Virus record (IMG/VR): IMGVR_UViG_3300028553_000034
Coordinates: 1-55,225 of that record
Source of the DNA: a virus
Lineage: Duplodnaviria; Caudoviricetes
DNA: 55,225 nt
Reading direction: 5' to 3' (one strand)
Shown here: positions 9,736 through 21,600 of the stretch, piece after piece
Layout of the letters: each line of letters opens with the position of its first letter
Position numbering within the stretch: position 1 is the stretch's first letter
Notes under the pieces: generated by a model
What the model was told of the DNA's origin: nothing
Seen by the model: only the letters and a program-made list of their open reading frames with translations
Database searches by the model: none
Translations under genes and position numbers: made by a program

Positions 9736-10134
9736 ATGGCTTTGGATATCTATTTGAGACTGCCACAAGACCCAAATTACAATGCTAATTTTCTAGAAGT
9801 AGAAGATGACATTAGTAATTTTGTTCAAATGATAGAAATGTGTTTGACTACAATCCCTGGAGAAGTTCTAGGCGAGCCTGAATTAGGATGTAATCTTGAA
9901 GGATATCTATGGAATCCATATATAACAGTAGGAACAATAAAAAACGACATAATGTCACAGGTTAGAAGATTTTGCACTAATAGTCAACTTGCTATTCCTT
10001 TCAATGTAAATGTCAATTTCATCAGGGGGGATATCTCTGATTCGATTTTAGTTGACATAGAAGTTGATGGGAGGTCAGTTTTAGGAATTGCCGCATCCCC
10101 TAATCCTGATTCACAAATATCACTTAATGTATAA
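9736..10134 (+). CDS. Baseplate wedge subunit, gp25-like
   Basis: IEMCLTTIPGEVLGEPELGCNLEGYLW is the gp25/GPW signature (T..GE...P.FG.....LF). Lies directly before the gp6-like gene. Confidence 0.85.
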   Translation: MALDIYLRLPQDPNYNANFLEVEDDISNFVQMIEMCLTTIPGEVLGEPELGCNLEGYLWNPYITVGTIKNDIMSQVRRFCTNSQLAIPFNVNVNFIRGDISDSILVDIEVDGRSVLGIAASPNPDSQISLNV

Positions 10135-10136
10135 AG

Positions 10137-11903
10137 ATGAGCAATAACATTCTAAGACCCAATAAACTTAAATTCGGAGAGATATTTCTACAAATAAAAA
10201 ATTATCTTGTAGAAACCTATAATCAAACTGGGGATATATTCTCAGCAGCTTCTCCATATGGACAAATTTTAGTAGTAATGCAAAATTTCGTTCAGTTAAT
10301 TTTCCTCTATTTAGAAGATTCATTAGTCGAATTAAATATCTACACTGCAACAAAAAGGCGATCTATATATGGATTTGCTAGACTTGCAGGACATAACCCA
10401 ACTAGATCTATTTCTGCTGAAGGAACTATAAATGTAAAATGGAAACCTTCAATATCCGAAGTTAATTTCTCTTATGCTACCATACCTGACAAAACTGTAA
10501 TAATTTGTGATTATAATGGCCTTCCTTATATTATTAGGATTTCTAATGATATGGATAATATAAAGATAAAAAAATCAGAAAGGTCTTTCATTCCTCTAAA
10601 AATTATTCAGGGATCTTTGGAACAACAAACAAAGACAGGAACAGGATTAGAACTTCAATCTTTCAGTATTTTAGCAAAGAAAGAAATTGATAATGAAAAT
10701 ATAAAAATAACTGTAAACGGCGACCCATATGAAATAGTCGATTCACTTTATGATATGACTAAAGGCAGTAAACAATGTATGGTTAAAACTGGACTGACTG
10801 ATGGTATCGATATTTATTTTGGAAATCGAGATTTTGGAACTATTCCTAATAGAGGTGCTAATATAACAGTGGAATACATAACAACGGACGGATTTGGTGG
10901 TAACGTATTCGGTAAAACTGATGATATTACATGGAAATGGGCAGATCCTTTATACACAAATACAGGTGAAGAATTAGATCCAAATGAATACATTAACATT
11001 ACTATAAACAAAACAATAGTTCTTGGAGCAGATGCTGAATCCCCTGAATTAACTAAGCTAATAGCTCCTAAAACAAGTAGATCTTTTGTTTTAGCTAATC
11101 CAGAAAATTATGTAAATTTCTTTTCGAGATTCAATTACTCGTATGTTGATGCTTATACAACCTATGATGATGAATATATCGATGATGATAACGTTATCTA
11201 TCTTTTTTTAATTCCAAACATCGAAAAAAGACTCCAAAAAAATTCAGATTATTTTACAACAAATCTTATTAATTTCTATCTAGATGAAGATGAAAAAGCT
11301 GCACTTTATAGATATATTAATTCTTCAGGCCAACAAATCATATCTTCTGAGCTATCAATAATAAATCCCATTCTTACTAAATATGTTATGAATGTTTTTC
11401 TTAGAATTTATGATACTTCCAATCCTGTTTCCGTATCAAACGAAGTTACAACTCAAATAACAGATTATCTTCTAAGAGTAAAAAGAAGAGATAAAATTCC
11501 AAAATCGGATTTGATAGCAATTTTAGAAAACATAAAAGGAATCGATTCTGTTAATCTTTCTTTTATCTCAGAAGTTAATGAGAAGGCTATAATCGATGGA
11601 TATTACTTCAAAAAAATAGAAAGTTTCGATGGAGTAAGAGGAATAAAAACTGTACAGGAAGTAAAAGTTTTAGTTCCTACCAATACCGATCCTAATATCG
11701 GATTAGATGATTTTGGCGATATTGTTATAGGTAAAAATGAAATGCCAGTTATGAGAGGGGGTTGGTATGATCGATTCGGTAATTATTTTGAAGATGGATT
11801 AAGCGATTCAACTTATTCATCAGTGAATATAATTGTTAAAGAAGTCATAAAAGAGACAATAGCTATTAAACAAATGAATGCAAATAAAACAGCACTTAAA
11901 TAA
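10137..11903 (+). CDS. Baseplate wedge subunit, gp6-like
   Basis: ELNIYTATKRRSIYGFARLAGHNPTRSISA, IYFGNRDFGTIP, YITTDG and GADAES are gp6/baseplate J-like motifs. Confidence 0.85.
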   Translation: MSNNILRPNKLKFGEIFLQIKNYLVETYNQTGDIFSAASPYGQILVVMQNFVQLIFLYLEDSLVELNIYTATKRRSIYGFARLAGHNPTRSISAEGTINVKWKPSISEVNFSYATIPDKTVIICDYNGLPYIIRISNDMDNIKIKKSERSFIPLKIIQGSLEQQTKTGTGLELQSFSILAKKEIDNENIKITVNGDPYEIVDSLYDMTKGSKQCMVKTGLTDGIDIYFGNRDFGTIPNRGANITVEYITTDGFGGNVFGKTDDITWKWADPLYTNTGEELDPNEYINITINKTIVLGADAESPELTKLIAPKTSRSFVLANPENYVNFFSRFNYSYVDAYTTYDDEYIDDDNVIYLFLIPNIEKRLQKNSDYFTTNLINFYLDEDEKAALYRYINSSGQQIISSELSIINPILTKYVMNVFLRIYDTSNPVSVSNEVTTQITDYLLRVKRRDKIPKSDLIAILENIKGIDSVNLSFISEVNEKAIIDGYYFKKIESFDGVRGIKTVQEVKVLVPTNTDPNIGLDDFGDIVIGKNEMPVMRGGWYDRFGNYFEDGLSDSTYSSVNIIVKEVIKETIAIKQMNANKTALK

Positions 11904-12151
11904 TGTATAAAGATTCAGTATACACAAAAATATATCAATCTAACGATAAGATAAAAGATACGGGTTATGATTATAGATCTGAAGGGATGATTAATAAATT
12001 CTTTTCAAATCGAATGTTTGGTAATCCTGGAATGGATGGATTTCTTAATAGAATCGAGCCTTATTTTATTGAAATGACAGATTCAGTTAAAGCTATTCAA
12101 TTTTATAACAATTACACACTAGATAAAAACGACGGAAGCATAAATCTATAA
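11903..12151 (+). CDS. Small hypothetical baseplate-region protein
   Basis: 82-aa ORF translationally coupled (TAATG) to the gp6-like gene. Confidence 0.6.
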   Translation: MYKDSVYTKIYQSNDKIKDTGYDYRSEGMINKFFSNRMFGNPGMDGFLNRIEPYFIEMTDSVKAIQFYNNYTLDKNDGSINL

Positions 12152-12152
12152 A

Positions 12153-15100
12153 ATGTACAAATATCTAAACTTTTTCAATAAAAAAGGTGAATACTGCAAT
12201 TTCGAATACCTTGAAGCAAGTGATAAATGGGTTGGTCGTATAGATTTCAATACCGTATCAGAAGGTCTTATTGAAGATTTCCAATTGTATATCATGGAAG
12301 AGGTGTATAATTCTTCTTCGCAATCTTATGAGTATGTATATCCTATAGGATCTACTTCACTCCCTAGCAACGGAGCTACTGCTTATTTTACATCTACAAA
12401 TCCTATAACAGAAATGTTCCTTTATGATTTTGATTTAGGTGCAACTGCAAATACTTTGACTAAGTCGTATTCTATGGAATATAATTTCGATTCTGTTGCG
12501 TATTCGATAGGAACTACAGGAGTTAAAGATGGAATAAAAGAGGTAACAACTATTAATTCAGTTCCAATTCAAGTAAATCTTGGATTTTCTCCAATGACTG
12601 AAAGGGGTTATAGTTCAGTTGTTTTTATCAAAGACGCAGATGATAATATATTTGCTGAAATTCTTTTATATGGCGAAGGTGAAGAAGAAGATCAACGTTT
12701 AAGAGATTGGTTAGCTGCTTTAGGAGGAGATCTTTTACCACAAGATGAATCGATTTTTGATGAATCGGATGTTAATGAAATAAAAACGAATTGGTCTTTA
12801 TTCAATAAGAAGAGAAAGGAAATGTTACTTGAGTATTCTAACATATATCCTTACTTAGGATCTTATAAAGCTCTCATAAATATCATTAAATTCTTCGGTT
12901 ATCAAAATCTAAGAATGAAAGAATACTGGTTAAATGTTGATTCTGAAAGTGTTTATTTCGGTAAATTCAAACAAATGAACATATCCGATGTTTTTACTAA
13001 AGATGCAAATTTCAATAATACGTCTCTCATTCCGAGTAAAATTTATAAGAAAACTAATAAATTCGGTCTTTATTATGACATAACAATAGAATCAGGAGAT
13101 TATGATGATGATGGAATTCCTATAGTCGAAGAAGTTTTTTCATACACACCTCAAGAAATTTTGATTAAAATCTTCGCATTAAAGAAAAAACTTCAAAATT
13201 ATTTCTTGCCTGTAAATGCTAAAATTGTTGATATTATAGGTGAAGCAGTTTACTTTGCTAAATACGATACAAATGTATGGAACGATCAATATAGAATTGA
13301 TAAAATCGAATTGGGACTTAAGCCTTCATTCGAAGTTCTTCCTTCACCTTCCGGATTCTTACAAGATCTAAGATACTTAAATTTCTTCGGATGTCCAGTA
13401 GGTCCAGACCTAACAATAGGAGGCCAAACAAACATTCTTTCCTGGTATGTAACACTTAATCCTAATGGGATTAATGTAGGTGGAATGCCTACACCTTTAG
13501 ATACAGTTCAAACTTTTAGATTTGTTTTTTATATTCCTACAGGAACAACTGCAACAGTAGATACGGTAATTGAAAGAGATCCAAATACAGGGAAATACAT
13601 ATATACTGATTCAGAAGTAGCAGATTTGATTATTAAATCTCTTAGGGATGATTCATATGTTGGATCTAATTTTACGATATATCAAGAAGGAGGTGATTCA
13701 GGAACTATTAGAATTGTACAAAAAGAAGCAATAGGTGATGGATCAATTTATGTTACTTGGATGAGTAATACTTCAGGATCTTTCCCACAGGCAACTATAC
13801 AATATACAGTTCCGACAATATCAGGTGGTGGAGGAACCGCAGCCTCTATAAACGTTTCGACTGGACCTTCAGGCTCTTTTGGAGCCTCAGGTGCACCTAT
13901 AAGTTATTTTGCTGATTGTTTCTTAGGTTATTTTGATAAAGCAAATATACCAATAAGACAATTAAACGACGACGAAGATATTCCAATTGGATATCCAATC
14001 ACACTTAACAATAAAACTTTCGATATTAATTGGGATGATGCTAATGTAACCTTCAATCAAATCGATCTAGTTGGACCCACTAGTGGAACTCTATATGGAT
14101 CTTTTAATTTATCTCAAACTATCTCAGGTTGGACGTCATCTCCAGGATCAACGAGTAATCCTATATACGTCGGAGCAACAGGCTTTCCTACTTTGTTTCC
14201 CTCCCAATTCAATTACAGTTGGCAAAGCCTTGGTTATTATGGATATTACGAAATGCAATGGATTATAACTAAGGTTGCTGATGATACTCCTGCTTTCTCT
14301 TTTGATAGTGGAAAAATTGGAATAGAAGATGGAGATAATTATCCTGTGATCCTCCCTTATGTAGGATTCTATAAAGTAGAACTTTACATGTGGGATAGTT
14401 ATAATACGAAATCTTTCTTAATTAATGAAGATATGATTGAAGTTAAAATGAAAGAATCTGACTTTATCGGATGGTATCAATTCAGAGAACTCGATTATAA
14501 ATTAAACACAAGAAAATACGATGTACAGTTAGATTTTATTCCGCCCCCTCCATTGAATGGAATAACACCTCTTAAACCTCTATTAACTTGGGACGAATAT
14601 GCATCTACTTGGGATCTTCCTTTACACCCAAATGAATCAATTGATATGGCAGATATGAGTTATAATTCTCTAGACTCATCTGAATTTTACAAAACAATCA
14701 CGGATCCTTCAAACAATCCTCTAGTTGATAGATTCCCTTACACATATAATTTGATGAGTCTTCTTCCAAAATGGGATGATCTTTATCATCTTTGGTGGGA
14801 TGGAATAGGAACTAAAATAACTCAATGGGAAATTAAGAATGTAACAGGTCCTACTGCTCATATATTTATGACTAAAGGAAATACAATTCTAGATGTTAAT
14901 TCTATCGATGTTCATTATGAACAAGGACCCACTGGTTATACAGGAGCTACAGGAGCTACAGGATCTACTGGATCTACTGGGGATATTATTGTTTCTAATG
15001 CAAATAGAAGAACATATCAATATGACGGAACAAATTGGGTCTACATAATCGATGTTGTTGATTCTTATGAGATAACAGGACTTATAGGATCTACTGCGGA

Positions 15101-15968
15101 TAATATGTTATCAATAGTAAAGGAACTTAATCAAATAATGCCTTTTGATGGAATAAATCATCCTTTCTTAAATGATTTCATCTATTATTACAATGAAGAT
15201 TATGATAGCAACTATCAATTAATTCCTTATATTCGATCAGTTTCTAAAGACTTCGATCGAGGAGGAAGACACAAAATTAAATTGGATGGTGCAACAGGAG
15301 ATAATAAATCGTATGAGACTGTTTATTTTGGATATGTCGGTGATATCCCTACACATTTTGAAATTTATAAGATTGAGTCTCTAGGACCGACAGGTAGCAT
15401 ATTAATAAATGGAATGAGTTCTCCTTATTTAATTGGATCAACTTCTTTAATGGATTTAGCTGATGAACTTAACGGACCTACTGCTCAAGGAGTAGATGGA
15501 ATAAATAATTTTCAATACAACCTTGTTCTAGGATATTCAGGAGCTACAGGACCTACAACTTCCTCTATAACTCCTAGCGAGATAAAAATTCAAGCTATCT
15601 CAAAAGCATTTACTAGTCCAAGTGAAACAACAGTTGAATTTGTAGATATTATTGGAACTTCGTATGGTAGATCAATAATTAAAAATCCAACATGGGATGA
15701 AGTAAGAATTCTTAAATATGCACAAAATTTACCTCTATGTACAGTGGTTAATTTCACATATGATAACTCTGTAATAAACGGAAAGAAGAATCCTAAATGG
15801 AAACTTACAAAAGAAGGAGATTCGAACTTCACGGATATATACTACAATAATAAGTATTTCTCCTATATGTTCAACGAAAAGGGTAGTTACACCGTTTCAC
15901 TTGAGCTAGAAGATACAAACGGTAATAAGAAATCAGTAACAAAAAAAGAAATAATAAAAATAATTTAA
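12153..15968 (+). CDS. Large baseplate wedge protein (gp7-like region) with Ig/PKD-like domains
   Basis: YLGSYKALINIIKFFGY resembles the gp7/tail protein I KGT..AI...L...G motif. GFYKVELY and GSYTVSLELEDTNGN are PKD-like ends. Follows gp6. Confidence 0.6.
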   Translation: MYKYLNFFNKKGEYCNFEYLEASDKWVGRIDFNTVSEGLIEDFQLYIMEEVYNSSSQSYEYVYPIGSTSLPSNGATAYFTSTNPITEMFLYDFDLGATANTLTKSYSMEYNFDSVAYSIGTTGVKDGIKEVTTINSVPIQVNLGFSPMTERGYSSVVFIKDADDNIFAEILLYGEGEEEDQRLRDWLAALGGDLLPQDESIFDESDVNEIKTNWSLFNKKRKEMLLEYSNIYPYLGSYKALINIIKFFGYQNLRMKEYWLNVDSESVYFGKFKQMNISDVFTKDANFNNTSLIPSKIYKKTNKFGLYYDITIESGDYDDDGIPIVEEVFSYTPQEILIKIFALKKKLQNYFLPVNAKIVDIIGEAVYFAKYDTNVWNDQYRIDKIELGLKPSFEVLPSPSGFLQDLRYLNFFGCPVGPDLTIGGQTNILSWYVTLNPNGINVGGMPTPLDTVQTFRFVFYIPTGTTATVDTVIERDPNTGKYIYTDSEVADLIIKSLRDDSYVGSNFTIYQEGGDSGTIRIVQKEAIGDGSIYVTWMSNTSGSFPQATIQYTVPTISGGGGTAASINVSTGPSGSFGASGAPISYFADCFLGYFDKANIPIRQLNDDEDIPIGYPITLNNKTFDINWDDANVTFNQIDLVGPTSGTLYGSFNLSQTISGWTSSPGSTSNPIYVGATGFPTLFPSQFNYSWQSLGYYGYYEMQWIITKVADDTPAFSFDSGKIGIEDGDNYPVILPYVGFYKVELYMWDSYNTKSFLINEDMIEVKMKESDFIGWYQFRELDYKLNTRKYDVQLDFIPPPPLNGITPLKPLLTWDEYASTWDLPLHPNESIDMADMSYNSLDSSEFYKTITDPSNNPLVDRFPYTYNLMSLLPKWDDLYHLWWDGIGTKITQWEIKNVTGPTAHIFMTKGNTILDVNSIDVHYEQGPTGYTGATGATGSTGSTGDIIVSNANRRTYQYDGTNWVYIIDVVDSYEITGLIGSTADNMLSIVKELNQIMPFDGINHPFLNDFIYYYNEDYDSNYQLIPYIRSVSKDFDRGGRHKIKLDGATGDNKSYETVYFGYVGDIPTHFEIYKIESLGPTGSILINGMSSPYLIGSTSLMDLADELNGPTAQGVDGINNFQYNLVLGYSGATGPTTSSITPSEIKIQAISKAFTSPSETTVEFVDIIGTSYGRSIIKNPTWDEVRILKYAQNLPLCTVVNFTYDNSVINGKKNPKWKLTKEGDSNFTDIYYNNKYFSYMFNEKGSYTVSLELEDTNGNKKSVTKKEIIKII

Positions 15969-15969
15969 C

Positions 15970-16539
15970 ATGGCAATCACAACAACAACATTGAACGGAA
16001 CAGATTCAGTATCGGCTTCAAGGATTACCCTTAATGACAACTTTAATACAATTAAGGAGGCATTAAACGATGTATTGAGCATTATTGACATTGCAACAGG
16101 AAAAATAAATAACTACGGATACGGGAGTAATAATGATATGGAAACTGAAGATCTTATTGTTAGAGGATCTGTTAGTGGTGGTATTAATGTTATATCTGGG
16201 AATGTAGCTGTAGGTGCAGGAAATGTCGTTATAGGTGCAAACAATTATCTACAAATTGGTGCAGGGACTAATTCTATTTATTTTGAAAAATTAACTAAAA
16301 CCTATGCAGTTTCTGGATCTATTCCAACTATCAACTTTTCCGGTAGTGGAGTTACAGGACCAACTGCTTCAGGACCTGTTGGTTATATGACATTACCTAG
16401 AATGACTACTGCGGATATTAATTCTATCGTAAGTCCTCTTGAAGGATCTATCGTATACGATTTAACATTAAATGCTTTTGTAGGATGTACTGGATCTAGT
16501 GCAACTGCTGGTGGTAGTAACTGGGCAATTTTATCATAA
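15970..16539 (+). CDS. Virion structural protein (short fibre-like)
   Basis: N-terminal DSVSASRITLNDNF (fibre anchor-like) and C-terminal LPRMTT...GSIVYD, a motif often seen in fibre proteins. Confidence 0.55.
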   Translation: MAITTTTLNGTDSVSASRITLNDNFNTIKEALNDVLSIIDIATGKINNYGYGSNNDMETEDLIVRGSVSGGINVISGNVAVGAGNVVIGANNYLQIGAGTNSIYFEKLTKTYAVSGSIPTINFSGSGVTGPTASGPVGYMTLPRMTTADINSIVSPLEGSIVYDLTLNAFVGCTGSSATAGGSNWAILS

Positions 16540-16555
16540 AAATAAAAATAATTGA

Positions 16556-18625
16556 ATGGCAACTCCGCTAATTAATGCGTTAAGAGTCCAAGGTGGAACG
16601 TTTTACACATTTACTTCGGCATCAAATGATATTTCAAAAACATTTACTGATGACGATGCTAGATTTGTATTCTCTAAATTCGCCTTATTAGATATCCCTG
16701 ACGTTGCAACTCCTACGTCAAATCAAAATTACATCGTATGGGAAGCTTTAGGTGTATTAAATAGTCCCGGTCCTACATCGTATCCAAATTCATCAGTTCC
16801 TTCAGCTGATATTAATTCTGATAATAACATAAATCTAGCACAATCTTTTCAAAATTACGTTTTGAATTTAGAACAGCTAATTTTAGACGGAAGTAATAAT
16901 CTAGCTCAGGCTTATGATATGAGTCAAAAATGGTCAACTTCAGAAAGATTATTTTGGAAGTGGATGGCTAACATAAATGCTATGCGATTCAGAACTGCTA
17001 CTGCTGCTGAATCAACAGTTACAAATAGATTCACCGAAGAAGATCAATCTACTTTCTATAAGCGAGTTGTTAAATATATAGGGGATGTTGATATTGTCAA
17101 TTCCGTTTCAAGGGATGGTCATTCATATAGCGAAGTTTATCTTAATGTTCCTGTAACACACGGTAATACACCTCTTGTACTATTCAAAACATACCAAGAT
17201 TCTAATTATGCTCCAGGTAGACAATGGAGCAACGGTAACGTTTATCTCGAAGGAAGAAATGCCGGATCCGTTCACCCTACTGGACTTTCGATGATAGCTT
17301 ATTATGATAATGATGTTATAGATGCATATCTTTCAGAAGGAACTTTTGGAAATCCTACAAATACTTCTCTTTATGCAGCAGCAACTGCATTATCTCTAAA
17401 ACCTGTTCTACTTTCTGGAATGGACGGAATTATTCTTGATACTGATGCTGATTCATATAAACCGATTGTAGATGATCCAAATATCTCTTTAATATCAGAA
17501 TTCAATGCTTCTGATGCTTCTGGGGATTTCGCATTCAATGCCGCACTCGTTTATTATGACGTTTATAGTTCATCAAATCCTATGGATCGAGCAAGAAACC
17601 TATATGGAATTCTTGTTTTAGACGATTATGTTAATCAAGTATCAGCACCATCTTACCTTAAAAGATTCGATAAATATAAACCTAATAAAATTACGAAACT
17701 TAACGGTAACGGATACGGTTTGAAATTGAATGTTAAATTCGATACTTCTGCTGATAATGTAGGTGTTGAAACTATCATTAATGATTATAACACATTCTCA
17801 ATGGATCTATTCATTGATGCTTCAACGAGAATGCAAGAAGCTGCTGAAATGTTCTTATCTCAAAATCTACAGATTATTGAAATTAAGCAACAAATATCGG
17901 CTTTACAACAATACTATTTCTCACAGGGTGATATCACGGGACTTTCTCAAAGATTATCCGCTTTAGAATCTTCTTTGAATAATGCTCAATTAGCTTTTCA
18001 ATCAAGTACAACTTTACTCGATTTGATTAATATGAATGCAGATAATATCAATTTGATCGTCTCTGGAAATTTATCAACTAATTTAACTTACAACACAGAT
18101 GTTCTTAAAGGAGGGGATGGTATTCTACTTGATAAATCAGTTCCTAATCAAGTAAAAATAATTAATCGTACTCAGGCTTATAACAACTTTATGTTATGTG
18201 GTAATTCATCTAATAATATCGAAACTACTACGAGTAACGGACAAAATTATGCAACTACAAATCTTGTTGATAATAACATTCTTGTATTAGGAACATTTAC
18301 AAATTCATTTAGACAAACTAATCAAAACCCAGATCCTGTAACAGGAATTGAAACTTTCGCTGATACTGTGTATATAAATATAGACGATAAAAATGTTAGA
18401 TGGAAGAATGGACAAATGCTTAAATTTGTTTTTAATGAGAAAATAAATAATGGCGGTTTCAATATCATATTCAGAACAGATTCACAAAATGCTTTAGGTA
18501 ATGGAACTTATGGAAAAATAATGACTATTATTTCTCCTGCAATGTTACTTTCTGATAGACCTATATTTGAAATTTACTGCACAGACGAAAATCAATATCT
18601 ATTTAACGTAGACGTAATAAGATAA
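16556..18625 (+). CDS. Large virion structural protein with a coiled-coil segment
   Basis: 689-aa ORF in the structural operon with a heptad-like stretch (IIEIKQQISALQQ...LSQRLSALESSL). Confidence 0.55.
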   Translation: MATPLINALRVQGGTFYTFTSASNDISKTFTDDDARFVFSKFALLDIPDVATPTSNQNYIVWEALGVLNSPGPTSYPNSSVPSADINSDNNINLAQSFQNYVLNLEQLILDGSNNLAQAYDMSQKWSTSERLFWKWMANINAMRFRTATAAESTVTNRFTEEDQSTFYKRVVKYIGDVDIVNSVSRDGHSYSEVYLNVPVTHGNTPLVLFKTYQDSNYAPGRQWSNGNVYLEGRNAGSVHPTGLSMIAYYDNDVIDAYLSEGTFGNPTNTSLYAAATALSLKPVLLSGMDGIILDTDADSYKPIVDDPNISLISEFNASDASGDFAFNAALVYYDVYSSSNPMDRARNLYGILVLDDYVNQVSAPSYLKRFDKYKPNKITKLNGNGYGLKLNVKFDTSADNVGVETIINDYNTFSMDLFIDASTRMQEAAEMFLSQNLQIIEIKQQISALQQYYFSQGDITGLSQRLSALESSLNNAQLAFQSSTTLLDLINMNADNINLIVSGNLSTNLTYNTDVLKGGDGILLDKSVPNQVKIINRTQAYNNFMLCGNSSNNIETTTSNGQNYATTNLVDNNILVLGTFTNSFRQTNQNPDPVTGIETFADTVYINIDDKNVRWKNGQMLKFVFNEKINNGGFNIIFRTDSQNALGNGTYGKIMTIISPAMLLSDRPIFEIYCTDENQYLFNVDVIR

Positions 18626-18626
18626 C

Positions 18627-21600
18627 ATGGATACTAAATACTCACTAACAACACTATTAAACGACCTCTTAAGGTTACAGAACAATTCATATCAGATTAT
18701 CTCTAAGGTATCTGATTTGGTATCTTCTAAATCAGACACTATTGAAATGCCTGTATTGGATGCTAATGGCGTAATTCAATCTGTTCAGGTTCCTTCTTTC
18801 GGAGCTATTAAAGATCAACTTACTCGTCTGGAATCAGATGTTAAATCCATTGCAGGAATAGGTGAAACCGAATCTTCAGTTAGACTTTCGGATGGATCTT
18901 TTAGAAAAATCCTAGTTAGTAATTTTCAAAGAGAAGCTGCAGATATTAAATCTATGCCAGTTCCTATTTCTTTTAACACAAAAGAAAATTGGTTTTTTGA
19001 ATCTTTTTTGAATCCTCTTCTTTATGTTTCTTTTAATTTAGGCGATCAAGTTAAATACAACACCGAAAACGTCGAAGTTTCTCGTTATATTCTAAATATA
19101 AATAGTGATGCACAAAAACAATCATTTAACAATAACTTCTTAAGTAAAGCAGACATTCAATATGAAAATTTCGCTAAGGTTCTTATTGCTAATGGAATAA
19201 CCTACTTCTTAGATCAAGACGTAGTTCCTTTACCTCCTAGATCATTAAGATATTTTGGTAACTTTGCAGTAACAAAAATTACTGACGATACAGTTACTGA
19301 ACAAATTGATAATGTTAATTATTCAAAAAGAGTTATTAGAGTTCAACTTGATTCTTTAACTTATAACGATTCACAATCTGAATTTTTAGGAACACAATCT
19401 CTTAAAATTGGAGATTCCCTTATCGTTAATTCGGGAAGACAAAATACTCGATATGAGATTACACAAATCGAATCTTCTACGAGAACTGTAGGTGTTAGAT
19501 TAATTGAAGGTGCAGATCCTATTACAATCGGAACCAATATATTCTCAATTTATTCAGCTGATGAATCTCCTGTTAATGTAAATGTTAATATAGGATTCGA
19601 TGAATATACCGTTGTCTTCATTAAACCTATTGATCCGGATTCTAAAATTTCAGCTGTAAATTGGTCTCCTGGTGTTGGATTCTATACATCAGACCTAAAA
19701 ACTAAAAATGATGTTGGTGAAGATATTGCACTTAGCACATATTATCAAAATGAGGTTGTTGATTTTGGATCTTATCTTTATTCAATAGCTAAAGATGGAG
19801 TAATTCCTACTTCTTTAGGTATCGAACCAGATTCTCCGGATTTGAATGTAGAGAATTTCAAAGTTGTTCAGGTTAATCAACACCTAACAGACAATTCTGT
19901 TCTTTCGGATTTGAAAAAACTCCAATCGGATAAACAAAGAATTCAATCGGATCTAAGATCAACGGATAAATCTATTAAAGAACTTAGATCGAAGATTCAA
20001 ACTACGCAATACGCATCTCAGCAATTAAAAGAAACTGATCAAAATCAATTAAGTACTTTGATCAATCAAAGAGATTCCCTTTCGTCTCTCTTTTCTTCTA
20101 CTATTGATGATATTAATACTATTGGAGTTTCTAATTCGGTTGATCAACTTACGCCTAAATATAGAATTAGAGGATTCTTCCCTATGCCTATTGCAAAATC
20201 CTCGGATAGAACATCCCCTCAAGAAGTTGTACAATTTATTGTACAATATAGATATTTAAGTAAAGAAGGTGGAGCTAATCAACCTGAACAAATCAATTTC
20301 TTGGATCAGGACGGACAAACTCGTAGAGGAACTTTTTCTACTTGGGTAGAAGTTCGATCTGAAGTAAGACAAAGAAAAACCGACCCTACAACAGGTCAAG
20401 TAACTTGGGCTATTGAAGATCTAGAAAATGCTGATTCAGTTAATATAAATTCGGTAGATATTCCAATCTCATTTGGTGAATCTGTAGAATTTAGAATTAA
20501 ATCTCTTTCTGAATCCGGATGGCCAGTATCCCCTAAGGAATCTGAATTTTCAGAAATTATGAAAATAGAATTTCCTCCAGAATTCGAATCTTCTCCAGAT
20601 GCCGGATCTATTCTTTCCGAAGCAAATGATGAGAAAGTAAGAGTTGAGCTACAACAAGATCTTGATGCATTAGGTATAAAGAAACACGTTGCAAATCAAT
20701 TCGAACAAAATGGAAAATTCTTTGCTCATCCATCAACCGAAATTTCTTCTGGATTCTTATCTCCTGAACAAAATGTTATTGCTCTTTTTGATAAGCTAAT
20801 AGCAATGGATTCAGAAATCGCTAGATTGACTGCATTATTAGAAGCTTCGAGAGGTGTTCTTGTTGTTAGAGTAATCGACGAAGCTGGAACAGAATATCAA
20901 GTTCAATCTAATACAACGTTGAAACTTTTTGCTGGAAATTATAAGGATGAGGTTGCACAAAGAACAGTTAAAAAAGGTGCAATTATTTCTAAGAATTATT
21001 TTGTTAAAATGTTTAATGATTCCGCAAGTTCTCTTGAAATGTATGCTAGATATTGGGGAAATCGAATTTATAAAGCTAATGAATCTTGGTCAGGTGGAAC
21101 AGCTTACAATTCAAACGACACAGATTATAATTTAACGAGAAGATATGATCGAGTTCCTTTAGGACTTTCTAATCCTTCATTAGATGATGTATCTTCTTAT
21201 GGATTTGTTAGGGAACTTCCACAACAATCTTCTCAAGTTCTTGGTGAATTTATTTCTTCTAGATATGTTTCTATTGATGGCAAATCTAATCTTTATGGTG
21301 CTGTTAGTGGAGCTACAAATGGTGTTATTGATGCATTTTCTCAAACTTCTAATTCTTCGCCTTATTTTGCTTCTAATATCGATGATTTAGAATGGATAAA
21401 TGATCTTACTATACAAGATGCTATATCATCTACTGCTGGTATTGGATCTTCTGCATCTGATTTTATTTGGAAAGGATCTTTAACTGGACCTACAACAATT
21501 TCGAACGTGATTCCTTTATTAGATGGATCCGTAATTAACGATTATGATGATACAATTCTTATTCATATCGATCATCCTGCTATAGATGATTGGAATCTTG

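Noticed and set aside
1297-11903. Type VI secretion or extracellular contractile injection system locus
   Set aside because: A gp13-like neck gene and a full T4-like replisome in the same window indicate a phage. No TssJLM, ClpV or Afp15-like ATPase is present.
14925-14981. 9-bp tandem DNA repeat (ACAGGAGCT/ACTGGATCT)
   Set aside because: It is in frame and encodes a short G-x-T run, so it is treated under the protein motif finding.
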